A stretch of DNA of 64,000 bases from the human T2T-CHM13v2.0 reference genome, Homo sapiens, in NCBI RefSeq assembly GCF_009914755.1, contig NC_060933.1; one strand, given 5' to 3'. Numbering within the stretch: position 1 is the stretch's first letter; the number at the start of each line of letters is the position of its first letter. Shown piece by piece: positions 1 through 27,835 of this stretch. Both the position numbers and the translations under genes were made by a program. Under the pieces are notes generated by a model. It searched no databases, was not told the DNA's origin, and saw only the letters and a list, made by a program, of their open reading frames with translations.

Positions 1-188
1 GCTGGGACTACAGGCATGTGCCACCATGTCTGGCTAATTTTTGTATTTTTTGTAGACATGAGGTTTCGCCATTTTGCCCAGGCTAGTCTCAAACTCCTGA
101 GCTCAAGTGATTCTCCCACCTCAGCCTCTCAAAGTGCTGCGATTACAGGTCTGAGCCACCTCGACCAGTTGAGTTATTTGCTTCTCTT

Positions 189-1009
<821 letters not shown>

Positions 1010-1177
1010 TTATCACATCGATTGCTGAAAACCCAGTATTACAAAGATATAATACCACAGAAAGCAAAGTTGTAGAGCTTAATGTTGAAATTGTGTACTG
1101 TTTCCAGCTAGCTGTTTTCACACTGTTCACCCAAAGGTGAATATAATTGTGTTTCCCTCCAAAGTTTGAAATATTCA

Positions 1178-3513
<2,336 letters not shown>

Positions 3514-4193
3514 TTGATAATAATTTAATCTGTTGAAAGGTATGAATTTTTCTGTGATACCCAAGATGTAAAAAATGCCATATTTCTTTCTTTTTTAATT
3601 GGATAAAACCTGCTTTAAGCCCCCACTTCTAATGTCTGGCTTTTTTCCCCCAGTGACTCCTCTTTGTTCCTGGGCTTGTACCAGGACTCAAGGGCTTACA
3701 CAGTCTGGGCAAAATTGAGCTGCCCACATCAGCCACTCTCAGAAGCTTCCACTACAGGGCTTACCAATCCAAGAAAAAGAGGCTGGCCCTACTGGCTATA
3801 TGCACTGCCCCAGAGCCTGGCTAAGCAGAAGGACCCCCTCTGTGGCCCTAGAGACTGAAGTCCTAGTGCTTGGTGCCCAGGCATTTACACCATCCCCACC
3901 CCTAGTCCAAAGCCCTGCTCACCAGGGGACTTTATATGAGAGGAGGAGCATCAGTGCCTCTCTGGGCATCTGCTGCTCCTTCTTCTTGCCCTTGGGGGAA
4001 TCCGACCTCTCACTTTGGGAGGAAGGATTCCAGTTCCTTAGAGTTTACATGCAGGTAGCGCGGGGATGAATGTGGTCCTCATATGTGTTCTGTTTGGGCA
4101 GTGTGGTGTTATCATCTTTTAAAATGCAGGGCACATGTTCTCAGGATTTCCTGGGCTGTGTTACAGGTTAAAAAAAAAAAAAAATCCATTGCT

Positions 4194-4539
<346 letters not shown>

Positions 4540-5249
4540 CTAGACCCTCAGTTGCTGCAGGGAAACCACTGACTGGAGCTAAGCAAGCACTACTCCTCTG
4601 GGCAAGTCATGTGCTCTGCAGCTGGCTACTATCTGTGGTATTACATTACCCTGGCCTCTGCGGTCCCTTGAAGTTGAGGCCCTCTCCTGGGCTTTTGAAA
4701 ACAAAGCCTTTTTGATACTGCAGTGTGGCCTCAAACTCAAAAACGGTTCACTCTTGAGTGCAAGGATGTCTCAAACTTAAGTACTCCAGGCCCAGCTGCT
4801 CTTTGTAGATGTATGCATGGTGGTGGGGGTGACAGCGACAGAAACAATTACTTTTCATTCTTGCCAATGAATCTAGCAGCAAATAAGCGGGACACAGACT
4901 GAACTCTCCATAACCCATACCTATCTATTTAGCAGTGATTTAATTCAGCCTAATGATGTGTCATTTTTAAGAAGGATATTAATAGCTAACATTCACTTGA
5001 GCCTTACCAGGTTCCCAGTCCTGGATAAAGTACCTTATAAATATTATCTTGTTGAATTCTTTAGAAACTGCTCCTAAAGGAGTGTCGCAGAATCAAACGG
5101 CCCAGAGGCTAGGAGGAGGGGATGTGGGTGAACACAGAACACCGCAGCTGATGATGCAGCTTAAAAGCAGAAGGGAGGGAGGTGCAGCCCGAGGCTGTCG
5201 GAGAAGCGGCCCAGACTGGCCCCAGGGCTCTGCAACAGGCTCCAGTTGT

Positions 5250-5810
5250 GCAGGGAGGGGACAAGCTTGTGATACCGCGTGAAGGACTCAGGAGGTCCGG
5301 TGGAGGGGTGGCCTCTCTCCCGCTGGTTGGCTCCATTGCTATTTCTGTCTCCTCGTTCTCGGTCTCTCCAGGCCGCTCCCTCTCCATCTGTCCTGATCGC
5401 CAGCCTCTCCCCCGCTCCTCTCCGCAGCGGTCGGCCCACCTGGAGCACTCCCCGCCGCCACGTGACCCGTGCGTAAATCGCAGTACTCTTCCCACCCCTG
5501 CGCTGGGCCAGCACCCGGCTCTGCGGAGGCTGCAGGCCGCGCATGCGCAGCTGTGGACGCACCTGCGCGCCCGCTGGCTGGTGCCGCCGACCAACCCCGC
5601 GCATCCTGCGGCTGCTACCCCGGCTGGCCCTGGCGCTGGGACCGGGTCGGGGGCGCGGACCCGCCTGGGTCCAAACTCCCGAGGGTGCTGATTCTCTTTG
5701 CTGATACTCTCCCAACGAGCTGTCCACACAGCCAAACCTCACCTTAGGTCTGGGCACTGGAGCTGCACCCTGGGCGCTCGACGTTCTCCCCAGGTCATCA
5801 GGAAGTCAGA
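5250..5810. promoter_or_regulatory. Upstream CpG island ~3.6-4 kb 5' of the ATG, promoter/enhancer-like
   Basis: CpG-rich; NRF1 palindrome GCGCATGCGC 5539-5548; E-box CACGTGAC 5459-5466; ETS-like CAGGAAGT 5799-5806. Confidence 0.75.
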
Positions 5811-5819
5811 GTCCTGGCT

Positions 5820-5995
5820 CAGCCGTTAGAGCTGTGTGACCTTGGACAAGTGACTTGATCTCTCTGCGCCCCAGGAACGTGGAGATAATAATAGCACCGA
5901 CCTCATAGGGCAGTAGTGAGAATCCAGTGAAAATTCATGAGAGCTTTTTTTGCACAGTGCCTGGCATGTATCAAACTCCCAGTAAATGCAAATTA
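5820..5995. mobile_element. MIR
   Basis: ctgtgtgaccttggacaagtgactt...gcacagtgcctggca core. Confidence 0.8.
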
Positions 5996-6029
5996 AGAAT
6001 ACAGAGCAAAGGGTAGTATTGTGTGATAG

Positions 6030-6348
<319 letters not shown>

Positions 6349-6519
6349 GTATTTTACCCTTTCAAGTGGATCATTTTGCTGGCTTCTCAGTCACCCTGGG
6401 AGAGAGGCCTGGAAGTTTTATTTGTCCCCGTTTCACAGATGGGGACACAAGGCTCAAAGATGTCAAGAGGTCTCCAACCAGGTCTTGGATGCCAAATCAG
6501 CGCTCCCAACCTGAATTCC

Positions 6520-7220
6520 TGGGTGGATTCACAGTCTGTCACCCCGCTCTATCTTCCAATCATGCTACTTTAAAAAAACATCCATTCTGATTTTTGTCAT
6601 CCCCAGTGAACATCTCAGGTACACATCTGCAGGAAAGGCTTTTTTTTGTTTTGTTTTGTTTTTTTTTTTTTTTGGTCCTTCCTTCTACAGAAAATAAGAA
6701 GCTACTATATATTATTTGCTGTGACCTTTGAGAAGGTCCCTGAACACGGATCCCAGGCCACTAAGAAGTCCTGGATCCTGGCATCCAGGCCTACCCTGGG
6801 GGCTCTTCCTCCAGCCCTACCCCTCAGGCTTTCTCCTCTCTAGTCACAATGTCCCTTCTCTGTTCCTGGAAGAGCCAAACTCCTTTCTGCCGCTGGGTCT
6901 TTGTACCTACTGTATATCTGCCTAGACACTCTCCCAGGTCCCTCTTACCACCGTTTTCCCATCTCAGGAAGCCAGCTCTGACTGTACCCCAGCCAGTCCA
7001 CTGGGCCAGGTGCCTTGCTATCCACTCTTACAGCCCCTTCTCCATCTGCTTCAGCACTTGTCAGAACAGTCACTCAATGCTGTAACACCTTGTTTCCTGT
7101 CTGTCCCTCAGCTAGAATACCAGCTCCTTGAGGACAGAAATTGTCTCCATCTTACCCACAGCACATGGCCCAGACCTTGGCCGCACTCAATAAACGCTTG
7201 TTGACCCACTGACTGGATGA
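6520..7220 (+). mobile_element. L2 3' remnant
   Basis: Degenerate L2 3' end (gcactcaataaacgcttgttga). Confidence 0.6.
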
Positions 7221-7995
7221 GTGACAAGAGGAGCCCTTGGCCATTCCTACTCCTTAGCTGCTAAGGAATTTTCCAGCTTCAAATTTATATTTTCATGGCA
7301 GATACAGAAACTGTGGAGTCTCTGCTGATATGTGCCAGCTGGCGAAGGAGGAAGCATGTGGCATTACCAGTGCATCCTAGGTCTCCCCATGTTTACACAC
7401 TATCTCCTCCTCCAAATACACACAGGGGCTATCAATATGTTTCCTGGGCAAAAGGCAAGGCCCAGACATAGAGAGTTGACACATTAACGCCTCCTCTCTC
7501 TCTGAACCCATCTGAAGGTTCTGTTGGGGGTAGATTGGGGTGGTGGTGAGAAGATGGTCAAATCTGCTTGACTTGGGGCTGGCGACTGAAGTAGGACATG
7601 TAGCCTCTTGTCCTGGCTCAGCCACCACTGGCTTCTGTGACTTTGGAAAATTCCTCCTTAGTTCTCAGCAGGTTTTTTGTTTTTTGTTTTTTGTTTTTGC
7701 TCAGTATAAGATAATGGTTCAGAATTCAGATCCTAGAATTGGATCTTTCCTTTGTCATTTACTAATAAAGCACTTATCCACTCTGAATCTCAATTCTTCA
7801 TCTGTAAAATATTATTATGCATCTTAATAATATGAAGATTAAAAACCTAGCTCAAATGTATTCCAAATATTTAATGAATGTTCACTGATTTTTACTACTA
7901 CTAGCTCTCTTATTCTTTTTTATTTTTAATTGGCTCAATTTGTGTTACTTTGAAGCCAAAAGCAAGCCCTCCCCCATATTTCAAAAGTAGTATCT

Positions 7996-8203
7996 GAGAC
8001 CATCCTGGCCAACATAGTGAAACCCCGTCTCTACTAAAAATACAAAAAATTGGCCAGGCGATGGTGGCGGGCGCCTGTAATCCCAGCTACTCTGAGGCTG
8101 AGGCAGGAGAATCACTTGAACCTGGGAGGCGGAGGTTGCAGTGAGCCAAGATCGAGCCACTGAACTCCAGCCTGGGCGAAAGTGCGAGACTCTGCCTCAA
8201 AAA

Positions 8204-8235
<32 letters not shown>

Positions 8236-8250
8236 AAGAAAAAGAAAAGC
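7996..8250 (+). mobile_element. 5'-truncated Alu, TSD aaaag(t/c)agtatct
   Basis: Starts at gagaccatcctggccaac; long A-rich tail. Confidence 0.92.
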
Positions 8251-8689
8251 AGTATCTCCTATTAACAAAGAAAGTCGAGCAAAAACTGACCTGGGACCGC
8301 TTTAATAAATACGGACTCCAGGAAGGAGATACTGAGACCAGAGTCGGTCCCACAGTATATTCGTATCAGATTTGGGGCTTAGAAACTTCTAAACTCTGAG
8401 CGCCCATAAGCAAGATGAGATTCTGCCTTGTACATGGTCGTAGCTCCAGGGGACAGAATAACGGCTTACACATAAAAGTGACAGAATACTGAACATTAGC
8501 TAACGGATGCTACGCTGCCTGAAGGTAAGTCTAGTGCTATTTCCAATATCTCCGAGACTTGGTTTTTCCACCGGAAAATGGAGATTAAAAATAATGCCCA
8601 TAGGTATGAGCTAAGAGGAGTGTAAACAAAACAAAATAAAAAGCAATGCCCAGTGATTGGAGGATTTGATGAGATGATGCCCGCGAGGT

Positions 8690-9570
8690 GCTTGGCACGG
8701 AGTTTGACACAAGAACTCAGTGTTGGTGAATGCACGAATGCAGGTACCCAGCGACAGGGAGGTGCTGTGGGTGGATTCACCCTGGCTTCGCTGCGGCTGG
8801 GAGTGGGCGCTGCTAGTAAGAGATCTCGCCTCCAAGCTCCTTCCGTGGGCAGGAAAAAACGGAAGCTCCCAGAAAGAGGAAAGACAGGACCCGAGCGGGG
8901 TTTCAGGCAGATGGAGCGCGTCGGTAGCCTGTGGCCAGGGATCCCAGCACCGACGGGAAAGAGGAGGCCTGGGTACCCTGCGCCCCGGGCGCGCGCGGCG
9001 CGTGAGGTGAGGGGGAGGGCGCGGCTCCGCACCAGCCAGCGGCCGCCTGGCGCCCAGCCGCATCTCGGGGGGCGGGGTTGAGCCTCCGGGCCGCAGTGCG
9101 ATTGGCGGAGGCGAGTGGGTGACGCCAACGGCCGGCGCGAGGCCCCGCCCCCGGCTTGCCCCGCCCCCGCGCGCGCCGGCGGCGGGGCAGCCTCGCTCTG
9201 GCTCGCGCCGCGCCCCCGCGCCCAGTCCGCGCGTCAGTCGGTCCCTAGCGCGGCTGCGGGGCGGAGAGCTGCGGCTGGCCCAGCGCGCCCACCTGAGGAG
9301 GCGGCGGGGTCCGCAGGCGTCGCGGGACGAGGAGATCGGAGCCGGGAGACTCGCGCAGCGCCATGGCCCCCATTGGCCTCAAAGCTGTTGTCGGAGAGAG
9401 TAAGTGGAGCCGGGATCCTTCCAGCAGGCGGGGACTGCGGCTCCCGAGGAGCCCCGCGCGGCCCCTGCCGGCAGCGCCCAGGCCTCCGAGCGGGCTGCCG
9501 GCCCTGCGCCCCGGGCCTGAGGCTCCTGGTCCGTGGGGTCCCGTTATTCAGGCGCCGCCCGCGCGAGAGG
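8690..9570 (+). promoter_or_regulatory. STXBP1: STXBP1 CpG-island promoter and GC-rich 5'UTR (no TATA box seen)
   Basis: Very dense CpG; GC boxes (ggggcgggg ~9069, ccccgcccc ~9143 and ~9159); inverted CCAAT (attgg 9101-9105); CRE-like TGACGCCA 9120-9127. Exact TSS cannot be read from sequence. Confidence 0.92.
9363..9399 (+). CDS. STXBP1: STXBP1 (Munc18-1) coding exon 1, MAPIGLKAVVGE+A (37 nt, phase 1)
   Basis: Strong Kozak gcgccATGG; translation matches the Munc18-1 N-terminus; donor A|gtaagt at 9400. Confidence 0.99.
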
Positions 9571-9579
9571 AAGGCTTGC

Positions 9580-10024
9580 CCCGCTCTCCCCTCCCTCACC
9601 TCATGTTTCACCCCAGCCCTCCCCCTGCAGCCCGCCCTCCTCCCTCGCCATCCTCCTTCCTCGCGGTCCCTGTCTCCCTTTTCCCTGCATCCTCCTTCCC
9701 CTCCATCCCTCCCTCCCTCTCTTCCCTTCACCCCCATTTCTCTCCCCTCGCCCCATCCTTCCCCCTTCCTCCACCCCTCCCTCACCCCACTCTCTCCATC
9801 CCGCCTCTCCCCCATCCCACCCTCCTTCCCCCTCTTTCACCCCCAACACCCGTCCCTCTCCTTCATCTCGCCTCTACCCCCTGCAGCCCGTCACCCTCCC
9901 CCGCACCCCCATCCTCACCCCCGTTACCTTCCCCTCAGTCCCCTCTCCCCTTCCTCGTCTTTATTCCTTGAGCGCCCAGACTCCGCTCCCTTTTCCTGCA
10001 GTCCCTCCTCCTCCCCACCCTCCT
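9580..10024 (+). repeat. C/T-rich low-complexity tract (~440 nt)
   Basis: Mostly C and T on + strand (ccctccctctcttcccttcacccc...). Confidence 0.9.
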
Positions 10025-10480
10025 GGGTGAGTCGTGACGAGCGAGATCCTGGCCTGCGTCCTCCTCCCCCGCCCCGGGCCGCGCCGCGGTCCCTGGCTGC
10101 GAGACCCACCTGGGAGACTAGGCGCAGTGGCTTGGCCTGGGGAGGAGACGCCTGTTTTCCGGAGGCTGAGCTCTGCTGGGCCGGGGCCACCTCACTCCTC
10201 CCCTTCCCGGGGCTTGGCTTCCAGGGCGGGGACTTATCAGGATCCTGAACCCCTGAAATCACTCGGGAGATGAGGAGAGCTTCGGTGTCCGCCGCCCAGC
10301 GCCGCAGTCTGCAATCTCCCTGCTTGCGGGGCTCTGCCCTGCCGTGGCCGAACGCTTCGGGAGCTCAGACCACGGTGGCAGGGAGGAAATGGTTGTTTAT
10401 GGGTTTGGATGAAAGGCACCACATGAATGGATTTTTAAAAGTGGGTGGCGGCGAGTGGCGGCCGCAGCGGAGCGAGGGCT
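10025..10480. promoter_or_regulatory. Second CpG-rich block of the island, in intron 1
   Basis: CpG density returns after the pyrimidine tract. Confidence 0.7.
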
Positions 10481-11631
10481 GATGGTGGGTGACATTTGCA
10501 AAACGGCATCCACAGTGCTAAATAAGATTGGTGATATGTGTGGAAAAACAGTGCCTTGTCAATATTTTGTCCATTTCTTTATAACAAAAAAAAATGTGTA
10601 AGGATTGCTGTGGCTTTTGCTATCTCTTTGGGGATTAAGTGAAGATTAAAACTGGGCTTTTCTCTGTAGGAGAGGATAAGAAAGGAAAAAGAATAAAATG
10701 GTGGAAATCTAGTTTCCTTTCCAATGATTCTCTCCTATCGTAGCGCGCGCTCGCTGTGGAATGCTTTTGGCCATGTAGTGTTCTTGTTGGGCACCATAGC
10801 TGTTTTATTTCCCCTCTCCATTCTTTTCATTGATATATAGGAAATACTCCTACTGAGGAATCTAGTTGTAAAACCTTATCTCACCTATTACATCAGAAGA
10901 AAATTGTTATAAAAACTGAACACCAAATAAAACAAAATTTTAAAAGGTGCTCATCGTAACACCTTCATTGTACCCATGCAGTACGGGTTCTGATACTTGT
11001 ACTCGAGATGTTTAGGGCTAGGAGGACCCATAGGGATCCTCTAATGTCAACATCTCATTTTACCCATGAATAAGAAATGGAGACTTAGAGCAGTTAAGTG
11101 ACTTGACACAATCAGTGTTAATTTGGTGAAACCTGGTGGGCATTTCCTTGCAACATTAGTAAAAAATAACTTTCTTCATTATTCTGTATGTATCTTTTCT
11201 TTCCAATATCCTTTTAAAGCGTGAAATATAGAATAGAATGTTACAGGTTGTATTCTTTAAAATGTTACATTTGTACTTTGGGAGGCTGAAATGGGAGGAT
11301 TGCTTAAGCCCAGGAATTCAAGATCAGCCTGGGTAACATAGTGAGACCCCATCTCTATAAATATAAAAGTAAAATAAAATGGTATATTTGAACACTACAC
11401 ATTGAAGATAAAATCCTCAAGTGTTATAGAAATCAAGTTTTGCATCATTTTGCTGGAACCCTTGTTTATGCAAGTGGCTCCATAATCCCCTTCCCCCACC
11501 TTTAATTAGAAGCAAGCATAAAGGTAAAAAAAAATCAATATGCAAGCATGGTCAGAATTTACTTTCTGAAATAAAGCAAACCCATTGTACACAAAGATAA
11601 CAAAGCAATTTTACATAAAATTGGTGAGGAT

Positions 11632-11970
<339 letters not shown>

Positions 11971-12214
11971 CTATTCCTATAACAATTAGGTATAAATTTT
12001 AGAAGAAAAATGTTGAAATCCTTTGTCAATGACGCAGGTTAATTCTGGCTTCTAATTTTGGATAGGGTTTCTAGCTTTGCCCTTTTCTCTAAAAGAGGCT
12101 GAGGCAGAAGAATTGCTTGAACTGGGAGGCAGAGGTTGCATTGAGCTGAGATTGCGCCACTGCATTCCAGCCTGGGCGACAAGAGCCAAACTCTGTCTCA
12201 AAAAAAAAAAGAAC

Positions 12215-13380
12215 CTAATTATACATTAAAAACAAAAATGACAATCAAGTAGAGCTTATTTCAGAAACACAATAGTTCAATATTAGAATGACATTAAGAA
12301 ATGAAAATTTTAAAACTATATAATCTTCTCAGTAGAAACTGAAAAACAAGTTAATCTGCTTTTAAAAACAAAACAAAAACTCCTAGTAATCCAGAACTAA
12401 AAGGAGTAGTTTAAATGTCCCTGTAGAGAAACCTCTAACCTCCCCAATCCCATCAGGCCTCCCTGTAATCACGGTTCCCTGGACTTTCCTTTGTAATTCT
12501 TATCACAGTTGCAATTAATAAATTATTTGTACTAATTGTAAGACCATAAGTTCGCTGGGGGTAAGAACTAGTGTCTAGCACAGTGCTGTCACAACAAACT
12601 CTAGGAATAAGTCTAATAGGAAGTTAGCAAGACCTTCATAAATGGAGAAGAATGCTATGTTGCTTTATGGAAGAATATGAAAAAATATCAGTTCTTGCTA
12701 AATTAACCTATACATTTAATAAAATTCCTACAAAAGTCCCAACATTCATCTGGAATGGTAAAGGCTAAGCTAAGAGGAGCTAAGAAATTTTTGAAAAAAA
12801 AAGAAAATGGGAATTTTCACCTACCAGATTCAAAACATACTGTAAAGCTACGATTACCAAAACATTGTAGCACTACCAGATGAGAGGGAAAGTGAAAAGA
12901 TCAATGACATAGAACAAGAAGTCTAGAGTAGGTCCAGATAAGAATCCCATATATGGCAAAGGTAGCATTTTAAGTCAGTGAGGAAAGGAAAGAAAACTCA
13001 ACATATGATATTCAGGCAGTTGGCTACATTTTGATGGGGAAAATAAATTTACTTCTGTACTTCACATGTTCACAAAAATAAGTCCCATAGGGATTAAATA
13101 AATAAAATGATAAAGGTAGTAGATAATAACAGATGTACTTTTCCTTATATTATTGTGCAGGAGCTTTCTAAACATTATTAGAAAACATTAAGGAAAAGAC
13201 TGACAGATATGACTATACTTCTATTCAGTAAAAACACCAAAAAGCAATTTGAAAGACAAATAAGCTTGAAAAGTATCTGCAGCATATAACAAAGGGCCGA
13301 TATCTATTTATCTATCTATCTGTAGAGAGCTTCCTTAAATTGTTTTTAAAAAAAACTAAATAAAAAATAGACAAAAGACA
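12215..13380 (+). mobile_element. Old L1 (L1M-type) ORF2-region remnants
   Basis: A-rich degenerate L1 sequence (aaacatactgtaaagctacgattaccaaaac...). Confidence 0.7.
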
Positions 13381-13895
13381 TCTATTAGTTATCTATTGTT
13401 GCATAACAAATTACACCAAAACTTAGCAGCTTAAAACAATGAACATTTATTGTCTCAGACATCCTGAGGGTCAGGGTCTGGGAGGGGAGCAGCCTGGCTG
13501 GGAGGTTGTGGCTCAGGGCCCCTCAGGAGGTTACATCAATGGGCTGTAGCTATCTCAAGACCAGACCAGAGCTGAAGAATCCACCTCCAATGGCACTCCT
13601 GTTGTTAGTGGGCCTCAGTTATCCAGCAGGCTGTTGGCCGGATACCTCAGTTCTTTGCCACAGGGGCTTCGCCTGGGAAGCCAGCCGGCTTCCTCCAGAG
13701 CCAGCGACCCAAAAGAGATGGAGACCTGGAGACCGCAGTCTCTATAACCTAATTTAGAAGGGCCATCATCACTTTTACCATATCCTATCCATCACACAGA
13801 CCAATGCTGGCACAAAGTGGGAGGGGACTACACAAGCGTGTGAATACCAGGAACCAGGGACCACTGGAGGCCATCCTGGGGGCTCTCTTACCCCA
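13381..13895. mobile_element. MaLR LTR (MLT1-like)
   Basis: tattagttatctattgttgcataacaaattac...cagcttaaaacaa..atttatt is a typical MLT1 terminus. Confidence 0.7.
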
Positions 13896-14186
13896 GAATG
13901 AAAACAAGAGCTCCAGAACTGGGCTAGGACACAGTAGAAAAGCGGGGAGGAGAGCAAGCCCAGCAACCAGATGCCTTCACTTTACACACTTCTGTATTTG
14001 ATTTTCTTCTTTAAAATGTATAGTGTGCTCTACTTTTATAATTTAAAAAATAAAGGTTTTAAAAATATTTTTATTAACAGGAAAACAGAGAATGCCTCTC
14101 TGGTTCTGTCTGGGTATCACCAAGTTCCCCAGATTGTGCCAGGCTCTAAGTCATAATAAGAATGACCACCTACTGAGAACCTATGA

Positions 14187-16870
<2,684 letters not shown>

Positions 16871-17078
16871 AGAGCCTGTATTCTTAACCTCTCTTCCTTG
16901 GTTTTTGATACTTGAAAATCTTTTTTCCCTAAATTTTTCCAAAAATGTACAGGATCCAAGTGGCAGACAGGTCCTCCGGATTCTATTCCGGGTTCTGCCC
17001 CTGACTCATGGGTGACACTGGGTAAGTCACAACTCTGCCAACAAGACACTGAAACTTGCACTTTCCCTCTACTAATTA

Positions 17079-19320
<2,242 letters not shown>

Positions 19321-19669
19321 AGATGTTTAAAAAAAAAAAGAGAGAGCAAGCTAACTTGAAAGGTAAGCTATTAGCCCAGTTGACACCTTTGTCCTGAACT
19401 TTTCCCTGTAGTATCGCTTAAATGCACATCATCAAGGAAGTCCTTTTAAAAGAGTGTCAGTTGGAAACATTTACATTGAGACAGAGGACTTCAATATTTA
19501 ATTGCATGGCCTGGGTCTCCAGGGAGGAGGTTGCTTAAATATGAGCATTTGTTTTACTTCAAAGTTAAATACAATTCTGTGGGTGACCTGTCCATGTCAC
19601 AGTTTCTCCATGCAACTGAGACAGTTTAGGGGGAAAGAAATCATCCCTATCTGATAACAGATTTACTAG

Positions 19670-25534
<5,865 letters not shown>

Positions 25535-25849
25535 TAATTATTTAGTCTACGAGCAAACCTTATTGGAAGTGAATGAGATATTAAGTATTTATTACAGTAG
25601 GAAAACCTGTTTTATTCTTGGAAAGAAAAAAATTTAGAGGGAGATAAAGAAAAGTGGAGAAAAACAAACAAAATTAAAAAAAAATCTTTGGAGCCTGGAT
25701 GTGTGAATTCAAATTCATGCAGATTTGAATCTGAGTCTCCAGTAGCCACCCCTTATTTGGTGTCCTTCTGAGATGTTAGAGAACTCCAGGACCATAAATT
25801 ATAGTCTGTGTTCATTTCAGCATGGCTCAGCAGGGTCTGGGACCAAGTG

Positions 25850-26860
25850 TTTTCATTCATCCAACCAATATTTGCGCTGTCTCTACATGCCAGGAGCTGT
25901 GCTGCATGGGCAGCAGAGATAGTAGTGTGTAAGTAGACCGGGTCCTTGTGGGATTTAGACAGACAGTGGTGACGCAGCAGGAATGTGCCCTGACAGGGCA
26001 ATATAGGTAATGCTGAAGCATGTGGGAAGCCCCCAGGAAGGCCTGGGCATGAGCGGGGCAGAGTGAGACCTGCAGGATGAGGAATTAGCCAGGCAGGAGA
26101 TGGGGTCCGTGGGGCCTGGGGGAGAGGAAGGTCTAAGCTTGGCAAGAAAATGAGAAAGGCTGTGGCTGGCTGGAGCTGTGGGGAGTGTGTGGAGAGCAGT
26201 CGGAGAGTTGCCAGGGCCTGCTTAGCCTTGGTAAGGTCGTTTATCTCTCTATTCCAGCAGCTGTGGGAAGCTACTGAAGGTTTTGAGTTGGGGAGAGGCA
26301 TGGTTAGAATTGAGTTCAAAATGCTATCTGGTTGCTGTGTGGAGAGTGGGCGGGAGGCAGTGGGAGGGAAGAGGCTGTGGTGCTGGTCCTAGCTGGGGAT
26401 GTGATGGCGAGGATGGTGATTTATGCCAGGGAGAGAGCAGCAGTGTTGGGAGGGGGACCCCAACTTGAAGGCATCTTAGGATGCAGAAGGGTCAGGTCAT
26501 GGTGATGGCTGTGCAGGAAGAGGAGAGGAAGAGTCAGAAATGAATCCCAGTTTTCTGGCTCGGGCGGCCAGTTGGAAGGTCATGCTGTGCATTGAGAGAT
26601 GAAAGGCGGAGAAGAGACAGGTTTGTGGGGGAAGATGAGGTTTTGTAGGCACAGGCTTCAGGTCCTGTGGACCACCTGCGGGGGATGCTAATGGGAGCAG
26701 GCAGACATGCTTGAGATTGGCAGTCACCCGGTGCCAGAGTGTGGGCAGGTCAGATGCACAGGAGAGTGGGAGAAGAGGGCTGGGATCTCACCCCGTGGGA
26801 CACTGGCATTTACAGGACAGGCCCAGGGAGAGCAGCCAGCAGGCCTGAGTGTCGGAGGGG
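25850..26860 (-). mobile_element. L2 remnant
   Basis: Begins ttcattcatccaaccaatattt (reverse complement of L2 3' end); purine-rich body. Confidence 0.65.
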
Positions 26861-27181
26861 AAAGGTGAGGCTCACAGCAGTGTCTTATGATTTTGTGACT
26901 CATGGGACCCAACCTCAAACTGAGCCAGTGCAAGCTGAGCCAGCCACCAGGAGGCTCCAGTTTAGGAACAGCCCCCACTCTCTAGGCTGGGAGGCTTGGC
27001 CGCTGGAAACTTCTCAGGAGTTTGCCTGTCTGTGGTGTTGCCCCTGTGTTTTAGACAACACTTGCCTGTGTTAACTTCCTTGCTCAGGATTGTTTTAAGG
27101 AGGAAATGAGGAAATGGTTATAGTTAGTCGACGTGCAAAACTCTGAGCATTTGGGCTTTATGCTGTGTTAAAATGGCATCA

Positions 27182-27376
<195 letters not shown>

Positions 27377-27482
27377 TCAGGAGGCTAAACTGGGAGGATC
27401 ACTTGAGCCAAGGAGGTCAAGGTTGCAGTGAGCCATGACACACCACTGCACTCCATCTTGGGGTGCAGAGCAAGACCCTGTC

Positions 27483-27835
27483 TGCTGTGGTTTTGTTCTG
27501 TGTCCCCACCCAAATCTCATCTTGAATTGTAATCCGCCTAATCCCTACATGTCAAGGACAAGACCAGGTAGAGGTAATTGAATCATGGGGGCAGTTTCCC
27601 TCATACTATTCTCAGATAATGAATGAGTCCAAAGGTTTTATAAGCGTCTTGCATTTTTCCTGCTGGCACTCATTCTCTCTCCTGCTGCCCTGTGAAGAGG
27701 TGTCTTCTGCCACGATTGTAAGTTTCCTGAGGCCTCCCCAGCCATGCGGAACTGTGAGTCAATGAAACCTCTTTTCTTTGTCAGTTACCCAGTCTCAGGT
27801 ATTTCTTCATAGCAGCATGAGAATGGACTCATACA
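27483..27835. mobile_element. THE1 (MaLR) solo LTR inserted in an Alu (27186-27855)
   Basis: tgtgtccccacccaaatctcatcttgaattgta...gtttcctgaggcctccccagccatg...gaatggactcataca. Confidence 0.92.

Noticed and set aside
5109-5757. 170-208 aa ORFs on both strands of the upstream island
   Set aside because: Overlapping open frames typical of CpG islands; no recognisable domain
8496-10262. Long ORFs across the promoter (377 aa at 9115..10248, 210 aa, 202 aa)
   Set aside because: Stop-poor GC-rich and low-complexity sequence; only the first 12 codons of 9363..9971 are real (exon 1)
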